Shown here one piece after another: positions 47,827-58,635 of a stretch of DNA of 64,000 nt (the stretch's first letter is position 1; the number at the start of each line of letters is the position of its first letter). The translations under genes and the position numbers were made by a program. The notes under the pieces were generated by a model that was given only the letters and a program-made list of their open reading frames with translations, did no database searches and was not told where the DNA came from. This stretch comes from Blastocladiella emersonii ATCC 22665 (Eukaryota > Fungi > Blastocladiomycota): positions 806,001 to 870,000 of the forward strand of contig JANHCV010000011.1 in NCBI GenBank assembly GCA_025594325.1, read 5' to 3'.

Positions 47827-49529
47827 TGTATTGATACTATGAGGTGTGATCGCGCAGGACCTGCTGCGCAAACACTTTGCTGACTTACTCCTCGTCGCCA
47901 AAGCTGGTCACGGACGTGACGCCGCCGCGCGCGCGAGCGCGAGCCGGCGCGCCGCACGACCCGTTGTTGTTGTTACCGTTACCGGTGTTGCCGCCGCGCT
48001 GGTTCCCGTTCCCGCTCCCACCGTTCTGGTTCCCGTCGCGCTGACCACGGCCGCCGTTGCCACCGCCGTTCTGGTTTCCACCGCGGCCAGCACCGTTCCC
48101 GCCGTTGCCCTGGCCGGGCTGACCCTGACCGGGCTGGCCCTGGCGCGGGTCGTTGGCGCCGTTGCCGTTGCCGCCGTTACCGTTACCGCGACCCGGCTGC
48201 TGGCCACCGCGGCCCGCGCCGTTGCCGTTCCCGTTCCCGCCGCCATTGGCGAGCGCGGGGTCCATGAACAGGAACTTGTTGGGGGTGCCGCGCAGGTTGC
48301 CCTTGACGACGTTGGGCGTGGCGTCGGCGAGGAGCTTCTGCTGGGCCTGCTGCGCGCTCATGCCCATGGACCGGAGCGCGGCGACGACGCCCGCGACGTG
48401 CGGCGTGGCCATGGACGTGCCCGAGAGCGACTTGGACCCGCGCGACTTGGCGTCGACCGACTGGATGTTGACGCCGGGCGCGACGATATCGACGCACCGG
48501 CCGACGTTGGAGAAGGACGCGATCTGGTCGTTGCGCGGGTCGGACGCGCCGACCGTGATGGCCTCGGGGATGAACGCCGGCGACACGCGGCACGCGTCCT
48601 GCGACTCGTTGCCCGCGGCCACGACCACGTTGACGCCCTGCTGGACCAGCGACTGGATCGCGCGCGCCATGGTGCTGTCGCCGTTGCCGCCCGCGCGCGG
48701 CCCGCCGAGCGACATGGACACGACCGACGGCTTGCGCGTGCGCTGCACGTCCTGCGACACGGCCTGCAGCGCGCGCAGGATCGCCGTGTTGGACCCGCGG
48801 CCCGACCGGTCAAACACCTTGAGCGCGACGAGGTCCGCCTTTTTCGCGACACCAAACGTGGCGCCGCCGATGGTGCCCGCGCAGTGCGACCCGTGGCCCT
48901 GCTGGTCGCTGTTGCCCTCGCCCGTGAAATCCTGCAGGAACCGCGCGCGGCCCTGGAAGTCCGGGTGCTGCGTGTTGATGCCCGTGTCGATCACGTAGAC
49001 CGTGACGCCCTGGCCGGCATTGTCGGGGAACGAGAACGCGCCGTCGGTGCCGCGGCGGCCGTCAATCCGATCAAGCCCGACGGGCGCGTTGCGCTGCGTG
49101 CCCATGATCTTGTACTCGGCCTCCTTTTCGACGGCCGACACGTTGGCGAGCTTGGTGAGCTCGGCCTTGAGCGCCGGGTCCGCCGCGGGCATGGTCATGG
49201 CGCGGTAGCCGTCGCCAATCGAGATGACGTCGGCCTGGTCGGCCGCAATCGACGCCACGCCCTTGGACGCGTAAAAGTCGAGCACGAGCTTCTTGGCGGC
49301 CGCCATGTCGGCGTCGCTCTTGAACTCGATGATCCACTCGCCCGACGACGCCGGCGCGGCGTGCGCGGAACCGAGGAGCGCGAACGCGAGCAGCGCGACC
49401 AGCGCGACCACCGACCAGCGGCGACGAGGGGTGTACGAGGTGGAGGTGGTGCGGGGCATGTTGATGGTTTGGTGGAGAGAGAGTGTGTGTGTAGGGTGCG
49501 AAAGGCGACCAGCGTCTACGTGGTAGTAA
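47827..49529 (-). repeat. Right arm of the 1,703-bp inverted repeat (partner 42973-44675)
   Basis: Reverse complement of the left arm, with the same end sequences and the same length. Confidence 0.93.
47885..49459 (-). CDS. Subtilisin-like serine protease, copy 2 (same 524-aa translation as copy 1)
   Basis: The ORF translation matches 43043-44617 residue for residue. Confidence 0.96.
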   Translation of the reverse strand: MPRTTSTSYTPRRRWSVVALVALLAFALLGSAHAAPASSGEWIIEFKSDADMAAAKKLVLDFYASKGVASIAADQADVISIGDGYRAMTMPAADPALKAELTKLANVSAVEKEAEYKIMGTQRNAPVGLDRIDGRRGTDGAFSFPDNAGQGVTVYVIDTGINTQHPDFQGRARFLQDFTGEGNSDQQGHGSHCAGTIGGATFGVAKKADLVALKVFDRSGRGSNTAILRALQAVSQDVQRTRKPSVVSMSLGGPRAGGNGDSTMARAIQSLVQQGVNVVVAAGNESQDACRVSPAFIPEAITVGASDPRNDQIASFSNVGRCVDIVAPGVNIQSVDAKSRGSKSLSGTSMATPHVAGVVAALRSMGMSAQQAQQKLLADATPNVVKGNLRGTPNKFLFMDPALANGGGNGNGNGAGRGGQQPGRGNGNGGNGNGANDPRQGQPGQGQPGQGNGGNGAGRGGNQNGGGNGGRGQRDGNQNGGSGNGNQRGGNTGNGNNNNGSCGAPARARARGGVTSVTSFGDEE

Positions 49530-50268
49530 TGGAGCGGAGAGTCGAAGCCTGCGACTTTGGATGCGTGTACTCGTCTAGAGTAGTTGAGGTGCTGAACCGA
49601 GTTGAGGGTGGCGGGCGGGTCCCGCTATTTAACTCCCCCGCCTCCCGCGCTCCCGTCGCGAGCAACGCCCAGGCTTCGCGGTACACCGAGCCCGATGTGC
49701 AAGCAACGCAAGAATAGCGTGACCCGCGCCGCGAGGCGCCTGCGTCTCGACTTCAGTGCGCCACCGGACCGCCGATCGGGCGCAAGTGGCTGAGCCCCGC
49801 GACGCGTCGGCGCGCGCCGGCGCGACCATCACTTTGAAACGAGGCGCGTGCGTCGTGAGTGGCTCAGCCACTACCCCCGCCGTGCACCGCGGTGCAGGGA
49901 CAAGGCGGTCGTGCCACGCTCGTGTCGCGGCGTGATGTTTCGTGGGTGACACGGCGCGCGTGAAACGGTCGGGCTCGCAACGGCGAGCCACGACCAGCAT
50001 GCTGGAACAAGGGTTCGCGTGTTGCGGGGCGCGAGAACCTCGTCAATGTGTACGTTCGAGCGAGTTTCGGGTGGATCGTGACTCCGCTGCTGCTGCTGAT
50101 GGTGATGGCCAGTGATTGATCAAGTCTGATCTCGGCCACGTGCCTCGTTGACGCGTCGCGCGTCGCGTTTCACTCTCGCCACCACGCTCGTCGCCTCAGT
50201 GAAGGTACAGCCGGGTCTACTCGATTGCAAAGACAAAATTTCAGCTAGTTTATGACTACGCGCGCGGC

Positions 50269-52358
50269 TCACTCGTCGTCGCTCTCCTCCTCGCTCTCCT
50301 CCTCGTCCTCGTCGTCCTCCTCGAGCCACTCGACGAACGCCTTCATCGCCTTCTTAACGGCAGGCATGCCAGGCTCGCCGTTATCGGCGTCCGAGTGGTA
50401 CCACGCGAGGAAGGCGTCCTCCTCGACGACGTCGGCCTCGTACATGACCATAGCGACGGTGCTCATGTACTTGGCCTTCTCCGCAGCGTGGGCGGCGAAC
50501 CATGCGGCGGTCGACGTGACGAGGTCGACCTGGTCGTCGTGGGCGTGGACGAGGCCGGCCCAGACGCCGACCCAGCGCTCGAGGAGGGCCTTGAAGTTGC
50601 GGTTGTTGGCGACGAAGACGTGGTGCAGGATACACGGGCCGACCTCGTCGCGGAGATCCTTGAACGTGAGGTTGCACGCGAACTTGAGCGTGTTGAGCTC
50701 GAGCAGGGCGTTGTCGAGGGTGTGCCCCTGCGCGAGCGCGCGGTTGATGGTGGCGCGGATCTCCTCGGCGTTATCCTCGGCGTCGGACCCGGCGTCCGAC
50801 CCGTCCTCGTCGTCCGACTCGTCGGCCTGGCGCAGCGCGACCGCGTCGAGGTGCCGGCGCAGGTCGTCGGCCGAGAACCCGAGGTCGTGGATCATGGCGC
50901 GCAGGACCGGGTCCTCGGCCTCGTCGTCGTCCTCGTCGTAGTCGTCGGCCTCCGACTTGACGCCGACGCCGTCGGCGCCCACGAGCTCCGCGTCACTCGG
51001 CTCGCCGGCTGCGGGCCGCTCGATGCGCGTGTGCGGCGGGACCGCGGTGTCGGCGCCGACGACGACGCCCTGGCCGAGGATGCACCCGCGGGCGAGGGTG
51101 ACGCGGTCGCGGACGGCCGCGTTGCGTGCGAGGATCGCGTGCTCGACGACGACGCCGTCGCCGACCGAACACCCGTCCCACAGGTACGCGTTGGCGAGGC
51201 GCACGTTGCGGCCGATCTTGCAGTCGCGGCCGACGACGCAGTTGGTGAGCACGGTGCCCTGGCCGACGGCCGAGTTGCGGCCGAGGACGACGTTGCCGAC
51301 GAGCGAGGTGGTGCGCGACAGGAACACGGGTTTCTCGCGGTAGATGTTGCCGCGCGAGTGCGTGAAATTGGCGAGGTCGCCGGGGGTGCCGAGCGCGTTG
51401 GCGTCGGGGACGAGCGGGTACGTCCAGCGGCGCATCATGTCGAGAGAGATGCGGTCGTACAGCTGGGTGTTGCGGACGCGCACCGCGTACTCGTCGTGGA
51501 TGACGTGGCCGTAGATGGACTTGACGAACAGGTCGCTCTCGAGGATCCCGCGCACAAAGTCGCGGCGGATGTCCTGGTAGTCAAAGTTTTCGCTGAACAG
51601 GGCGAGCACCTCGATGGAGCAGATGTCGATGCCGCAGTCGATCAGGTCGTTGCGCAGCATCAGGTCCTTGTGGGCGTCGAGCACCTCGGGGTTGATGTGC
51701 AGCTCGCGCGCGTCGGCGCGGTCGAGGTGCACGTACTGCAGGCACTTGGTGGTGCCCGGCTCGAGGCAGAAGACGGCGTGCGGGCCGCGCGCCCCGTGGT
51801 ACGCCGACCCTTCCTTGAGGACCATGGTCATGATCGTGTTCTTGTCGGTCGCCTTGCGCTCGCGGTGCGCGGCGAGCACCGAGTCGAGCTTGAGGTTGCT
51901 GATCACGTCGCCGTTGACCAGCACAAAGTCGGACTTGATGAGCGACTTGGTGTCGAGCTCGCGCAGCACGTCGCCCATGGACATGGACGACCGCGACACA
52001 ATGACGTGCACGCGCATCGGGCTCGTCTCCTCGCTCCACTGCGAAGCGAGGATGTACTCCTTGATCTTCTGGCTGTGCGCGCAGCACACGATGAACACCT
52101 CCTTGACGTCGGCCACCGCCAGGAACTCGAGCGTGTACTCGATCAGCGGCACGTTGCATAGTGGGAGCAGGCACTACACATCCGGCAAGCGTTGGTGATT
52201 GAGCGCTCAAGGCTGTCGCGAGAGCAGCAGCGGCGTACGCGCGGCAGGTCGGCCGTCAGCGGCATGAACTGCTGGTCGAACGAGTCGGCGACGACCACGG
52301 CCTGGAGGATCTCCTCGGGCTCAATGTTCTGCTGCTGCTGCTTGTTGGTGGGCGCCAT
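50269..52358 (-). CDS. GCD6: Translation initiation factor eIF2B epsilon subunit
   Basis: LQAVVVADSFDQQFMPLT...PR/CLLPLCNVPLIEYTLEFL; LIDCGIDICS; FDYQDIRRDFVRGIL; LbH repeats; W2 tail YEADVVEEDAFLAWY...FVEWLEE. Confidence 0.96.
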
Positions 52359-52593
52359 GGTAGCTACGTGATCGCGTCGAGCGTCGCGGAGGGGACAACG
52401 AACGCTCGTCAAGTCGCGCCAGACAGCGAGCCGCGGGCCGGTTTTCCTCGCTCGAAATCCCATCACGCGGGATCAGGTGCGCGAAACCCACAGCTCCCTC
52501 GAAGGCGCGCGTGAGCGGCGCGACGATCGACTCCCTCCAAGGCCACGCGTCCCCGCTCCTCTCGCCCGCCCGCAACCACCGAACGTAAAGCGA

Positions 52594-53579
52594 ATGAACA
52601 TGTCCGCAACGTCGTCGGCCCCCGCAAAGCTCGTGCCGTTCCTGCTCCTCGCCAAGTCGTCGCGCGGCGCGGCCTCGGCCGACCTCGTCGCCAAGGTGCT
52701 CGAGGCGCCCGGCGTCTACGTGTTCGCCGAGCTCATGGAGCTGGCGCCGATCCAGCAGGTTGCTTATGCCTACTCACGGCTGTAAATTGAGCGCTGGCTG
52801 ACCCCATCTCGGCGGAGTAGCTCGCCACCACGCACCCCAAGGTCGCCGCGACGCTGCGCGTGTTCGCGTACGGCACGCTGGCCGACTACAAGGGTACCCG
52901 CCCTTCCCTCTCTCTCTCTCCATCACCCGCAAGCTCACCCTAACCCCTCTTCCCCCTTCCAGCCCAGCAGGCGGACCTGCTCCCCCTGACGCCCGCGATG
53001 CACCACAAGATGCGGCTCCTCACCCTGATCTCGCTGGCGCACGCGACGCGGGTGCTGCCGTACGACACGGTGCTGGCGGCGCTCGACCTCGACTCGCCGA
53101 CGGCGGTGCGCGACCTCGAGGACCTCGCCATCGAGGCCATCTACGAGAACCTCCTGGGCGCCGTGCTCGACCAGAAGGCCCGCGCCCTGCACATCGAGTG
53201 GGCCGTCGGCCGCGACGTCGACGCGGCGCAGCTCGAGGGGATGGCGGCGGTGCTGGCTAACTGGTACGCTTCCACGACACGGTGCTCGCCCCGCGTGTCT
53301 CACACGATCCCCCGAAACCCGTGCAGGACGCAGACGACGGACGCGGTGCTCGCCACCATCGACCGCCAGATCGACCACGCCAAGACGCTGGCCCGCGCCA
53401 AGCGCGACGCCGACGCCAAGCACGACGCGGCCGTCGAGCGCAAGCGCGCCCAGCAGCAGGCCGACTTGGAGCGCGCCCGCCGCGAGTCGGCCGGCGCCAG
53501 CGGGCCGCGCGGCGGCGGGAACAAGGGCGGTGCCAGTGCCGCCATGATCGAGCAGATGATGGGCTTTGGTCCCCGCTAA
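52594..53579 (+). CDS. CSN7: COP9 signalosome subunit 7 (PCI domain), multi-exon
   Basis: FLLLAKSSRGAA...VLEAPGVYVFAELME; LRVFAYGT; KMRLLTLISLA; VRDLEDLAIEAIY; AVGRDV. Confidence 0.9.
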
Positions 53580-53712
53580 CGCTCGGAGTGAGCGACTGAG
53601 AGAGAGAGTGTGTAAATACAGATGTGATTTGGAAAACAGACTGACTGTGGGGATATGAGACATCCTCGACCTCAACTCGATCTTGACTCGTGCTGCGCCG
53701 CGAAGCAGCAGC

Positions 53713-55563
53713 TTAGTGCCCGTTGGGCACCACGTCGTTGACGCACGGGAACCCGACCCACGGGCGCGGGTACTGGAGGCGCGCGACGTCGACCCCGCCG
53801 GCGGCCCCGCCCGCCTCGGCCACCGACGCCAGCGGCGGCGACTCGACACGCGTCGCCGCGGGCGTCACGGCGATCAGGTCGGCGATCAGCCACGCGAGCC
53901 CGCCGAACCCCTCCCAGACGCCGAACGGGTGGTCGCTGTGCCCGCCGTCCCACTGCGCGGCCACCAGGGCGAAGGCGAGCGCGCGCTGGTACCACCGGCG
54001 CTCGCCCGTGACGCTCCACAGCGACAGGAACAGGTACGCGTTGCCCGCGACGCCGTGGCACAGGCCCACGTGCTTGTTGGTGATGCCGCGGTGCCACGTC
54101 ACGTCGCCGCACGCCTCGGCGCGCGCCAGCATCGCCGCGTCGCCCAGCGTCCGGTGCGCCTGCAGGTACATGTGGCCGAGCCCAACGACGCCGTGGCACC
54201 ACTGCACCACCACGTGCGTGTCGTCGTCGCCGCGCGTGCCGTAGACCGGCGACAGCAGCTCGTCGGGCGTCAGCGACACCGGGTACCCGTCGATCGCGGC
54301 GAGGAACTCGAGCGTCGCGCCAATATCGGCGAGGTACGGCGCGACGACGGGCGCGGGCAGCGCCATGAGCACCGTGAGGATCCCCGCCATGCCGTGCGCC
54401 GCGCCCACGTACACCTTGTCGTGCCACATCCACACGAGCGGGACGCGGTTGGTCACGCCGAGCGTGCGCGCGGTACGGCGGCCGTCCTCGATCACCGCCT
54501 CGACCACCTCGGGCAGCAGCGCGTGCAGCGTGGCGCCGGGCCCCGCCGGGTCCGTGTCGGGCAGCTGCGCGGCCAGCCACCACAGCGCGTACAGGAGGCC
54601 CGCGCGCCCGTACAGGATCTCGGACGGCTCCGACACCGAGAAGGCGTGCAGCCGGACGTGCTCGGCCATGGCGTCCACGAGCGCGCCGACCTGCGCGTCG
54701 CTGGCGCCCTCGCCCGACCCGGCCGACCCGGACTGGCGGCGGACCGGGTGCCCGTGGAAGCTCGTGGACGACGCGCTCGGGTCGGGCGCGCTCGCCGTGA
54801 GGAAGGCGGGCGGGGCCGGCGGGTCACGCTCGCCGCCGTACGCGCGCACCTCGGCGGGCCGCACGTGGTGGGCGACGGCGGCGCCAATGGCGAGGGCGCC
54901 GACGGGGCTACCGAGCACGCCGACGGGCGCGTGCGGCGGGTGGTGGCGCACGAAGTACAGGGCGCGCGTCGCGGCGATCTGCGCGTACTCCTCGGCGAGC
55001 GACAGCGTCGAGCGGGTCCCCGCGACCATGGACCCAGGGTCGACGCGGTGCAGCTTGAACAGCAGCCACGCGACGCCGGCCGTGCCCGTGTACACCGAGT
55101 GGTCGTGCGTCGGCTCGGCGGCCGCGCTCGACGCGTGCACCGGGTGCGCCTCGACGACGCGGTCCACGACGCGCGCCAGCAGCGACCCCGTCGCCGTCGG
55201 GTCCGCGACGGCCGCGCCCGTGCGCAGCGCCGACGACCGCGGCGGCGACGACAGCACGAAATCGAGCGTCAGGGCCGCCGTGACCGCGGCGCCGTCGGCC
55301 GCGTCGCAGAACGGGTTGTGGCGGAACCGCGCGCCCGGGTGGTTGCCCGGGTCCGTGCCGCCGCCCGCAACGTGCGCGTACGCCAGCGCGCGCGCGTGCA
55401 GGTCGGCGCGGTTCGCCGGGTGGTACAGCGACGGGTCCTCGAGCGTCACCGTGCGGCTGCGCGGGCTGCCGGGGCCCTTAGTCGGCGGCGCGCGGCGCTG
55501 CGAGCCGGGTGCCGTCGTAGTCGAGCCGGCCGGCGCGTCGTCGGGCGTCGGGCGGCTGAGCAT
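53713..55563 (-). CDS. LanC-like protein (eukaryotic LanCL)
   Basis: VYTGTAG; EILYGRAGLLY; YVGAAHGMAGI; VQWCHGVVG; GLCHGVAGNAYLFL. The Zn ligands are intact. Confidence 0.92.
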   Translation of the reverse strand: MLSRPTPDDAPAGSTTTAPGSQRRAPPTKGPGSPRSRTVTLEDPSLYHPANRADLHARALAYAHVAGGGTDPGNHPGARFRHNPFCDAADGAAVTAALTLDFVLSSPPRSSALRTGAAVADPTATGSLLARVVDRVVEAHPVHASSAAAEPTHDHSVYTGTAGVAWLLFKLHRVDPGSMVAGTRSTLSLAEEYAQIAATRALYFVRHHPPHAPVGVLGSPVGALAIGAAVAHHVRPAEVRAYGGERDPPAPPAFLTASAPDPSASSTSFHGHPVRRQSGSAGSGEGASDAQVGALVDAMAEHVRLHAFSVSEPSEILYGRAGLLYALWWLAAQLPDTDPAGPGATLHALLPEVVEAVIEDGRRTARTLGVTNRVPLVWMWHDKVYVGAAHGMAGILTVLMALPAPVVAPYLADIGATLEFLAAIDGYPVSLTPDELLSPVYGTRGDDDTHVVVQWCHGVVGLGHMYLQAHRTLGDAAMLARAEACGDVTWHRGITNKHVGLCHGVAGNAYLFLSLWSVTGERRWYQRALAFALVAAQWDGGHSDHPFGVWEGFGGLAWLIADLIAVTPAATRVESPPLASVAEAGGAAGGVDVARLQYPRPWVGFPCVNDVVPNGH

Positions 55564-56263
55564 GCTGGGCGGTGGAGGGGGAGGGAGGGAGGGCGCGCGG
55601 CTGCGGGTGGGCCTGCGTGAGTAGGCGAGTCGTGTGCGTGTGCGTGCGTCGTAGCAAAGACGCGTACTGGCTGATGACAAGTTTGATGATGGGGATGGGT
55701 CGCGTCGGTGGATGCGTCGCTGGGAGAGGGGGAGCGGCGGCGCGCAGCGTCCAGCTGGAGCGTTTTATACGGGCCACGATCAGCGGGTCACGGCTCGCTT
55801 CTCACGGTCGGCGGCAGCAGCGGAGGGAGGCGGGCGAGCGCGCGGGCGACCGATCGAAGCCGAACGGCCAACGCGAACGCGAGTCGAACGCGTCGGCTGA
55901 GCAGCGCGTCGCGGGTGCAGCCGCCTTCATCGCTGCTTGCGAGTCGTCCGATCCGACCTCGCTCGATTCATTTCTGCATCACCCGAAGTCCATTCTGCCA
56001 CTCGAACGATCCATTTCGCGCAGTGCAGCGCAATCCGCTCCATCGCGAGAAGCTGCAGGGCGCACGTGCGGGGGCAACACGCGTCGCGTTTCACCTCTCT
56101 CCCCGCGCGTGTCTCGCGGCCTCGTCGTCGTCGAGCGGGAGGCATTCGAAGCTTGATCACCCACCGCTCCGCCAATGAATCACTCTGCTCTGTATCAACT
56201 CTATGCATCGTGGCCCTGTGTCCCTAAACCACCGAACTTGGCGACGCTGCGTTCCACGCAACC

Positions 56264-58548
56264 ATGAACGCCACCGACCTGCCCCCGTTCGAGCAGTCGC
56301 CCGACCTCTTGACCGACGATGACGTCTCAAAGTGGCAGGCCCGCTTCCTCGAGGACTCGAGTATGGTCTTTGTTCACATGGCCTGACTCAGCGTGCTGAC
56401 CTCGCCCGCCCGCTTTCAGAACTCGACTCGCGCGCCCTCTCGGCCCTCCGCGACTCGGTCAAGCAGCTCTCCAAGCAGCTTCGTTTCGACACCAACGTCA
56501 TCGACTCGGCCCCGACCTCGCCAAGCAAGGGCGCCGCGAGCGACGCAAGTTTGAGCCGGCGCGGGTCGCAGGCTGGCCGCAGTCTTGCCGGTGACGAGTC
56601 GGACGTGAACGGTACGTCTCCATGAACGCTCCTCCGTCACCTCGATCTAACAAGGTCGAGTAGGCGACACGTTCATCACCGCTACGGGCCTGACCGAGTC
56701 GCAGTCACGCACCGGGCCTGTCGGGCTGCACCAGTCGCTGAGCGAGCTCGAGGTGCGTCCACACTGATCCCGCGCAGCGACAAGCGCCGACGCGGACCAT
56801 CCGTGTAGGCCACCGAGTTCCCCGGCTACGTCCACGGCAACACGGTCCCGCTGCCGACCGGCATCGACTTATCCCTCGTCGCCCAGACCACGCTCGACCA
56901 CCACGAGCTGCCGGTCCGCGTCTACCCATCGCCGCCCGCCCGCCGGACCGTTCTCACCGCTCCCTCGCTTCGTAGGTGTCAACACGAACCCGGTTCCTCG
57001 CCTACATGAAGAACAAAAACACGCAGTTCATCGCCAACGACCTGTTCTGGTGGTTCTTCCTCGACCGATTCAAGAAACCGCGCGATGGCACCGCGGCCGC
57101 CGCCGACCACGACGCGCAGAAGAAGCAGCTCTTCACCCGCGTCGCACGCAAGTACGTCGACCTGTTTCTGCACATCAAGCCGCACGACCGCGACGAGTTT
57201 ACCAAGGTTCGCTTCCCGTCCTCATCCGCGACGGTCTCTCGCTGACAGCGGACGGTGTAGGTCTTCCCGGACGTGATCTCCGAGACCATTTACCACGCCT
57301 TCGCCATGGCCTTCCCCGACTCGCACGACCTGATCATGACCACCGAGCTGCAGACCGCGCTCACCGACATGGTCCACGAGTGGATGACCGGCGTCCGGCC
57401 CTATGAGCGCAAGTGGACCAAGTGGGAGTACCAGGGTGCGTGCGCTCATTCCTCGCTGCGGTGGCCGCCGACGCTCACGCACGGGCCGCTATCGCCGCGT
57501 GTAGCTAAACCCGCTCGACGTACCGCGCTCGGCGTGCTCGACGACAGTGCCAGCAGTCCCGGGAAGCGGAAATCTACGACGCACACGGAGGCTACGGCGA
57601 GTTCGAGTACCCTCAGCTCGAGCAGGCGGCCGAGCAAGGATTCGAGCGATCGTACGCTTTGCCTTCGCGTTTCTCTCGTGCGTTACCACCGCTGACCCGA
57701 TCGCGCGAATGATGTAGAGATGGCCGAGACCCTCGGCAAGCTCGAGGCCAACCAGCTCGAAACCGGCACCGAGTCGTCGAGCAAGGGCAGCACGCAGCGC
57801 CTGGTACGCCGGCCATTGCGACCCCCGTCCCGCGACACCTCGCTGACCACGCTCGCACTCGCTCAGTCGCACTACATTGGCCCGCTGCCGCCCGTCACCC
57901 GGATCCCGTTCGATATGTACAGCAACAGCCCGATCGTGCAGCACTACCTGACGACGTCCGGGTGCCACGCGCAGAACCGCAAGATCTCGGTCATCCACTT
58001 CCACCGCGTTGCGCGCGAGTCGGACGAGCAAACGTGTACGCCCTCCCTCCCCTCCCCTCTCTCACTTGACTGCGTCATGCTCATCTCCCGCCCATCTAGC
58101 CCGCCCGACGTACCACGACCTAGTCCACGACTCCGCGCGCACGGCTCGCCGCGGCCTGCGCAAGTACCACGCGGCGGCGGACGCCCACGCGCGCGAGCGG
58201 GCCAAGCTGACGACGGACATGGTGGCGGCGGTGCGCGCCGAGGAGCGCGACATGCAGCGCACGCTGCAGCGGCCCGACGACGTCAAGGAGGCGTGCACCG
58301 CGTTCCTCGGGTGGGACCGCGCTATGCGCGACCTCGAATCGCTCCCCGCGATCCCCGTCCCGACGAGCCGGCGGAAAGTGGGTGCGGCGACCGCGGGCGC
58401 TGGAGGTGGGCGCACCGGTGGTGGGTCGAACCGCAGGTACACGGAGCCCGCGCGTGTGTACCGCCGCGTCCAGGTCGTGGATATCGACGAGGATAAGATT
58501 AATCGGTCCGCGGTCAAGCCCGCCGCGCTGGACCGGATCATTAGCTAG
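56264..58548 (+). CDS. FAM227-like (FWWh domain) protein, many small exons; start approximate
   Basis: FIANDLFWWFFLDRFK...LFTRVARKYVDLFL...KVFPDVISETIYHAFAMAFPDS...MVHEWMTG. Confidence 0.75.
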
Positions 58549-58635
58549 GAGTGGATAGAGGAAGGAGTGTTATTGATTTCACGTCTATAGAGGGTCCGCG
58601 GCCCGTGTGCGCGCTATGTACAACTTGCGCCAGGC

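Noticed and set aside
53713-55563. Lanthipeptide biosynthetic cluster
   Set aside because: No LanB/LanM, precursor peptide or transporter nearby; the flanks are CSN7 and FAM227-like.
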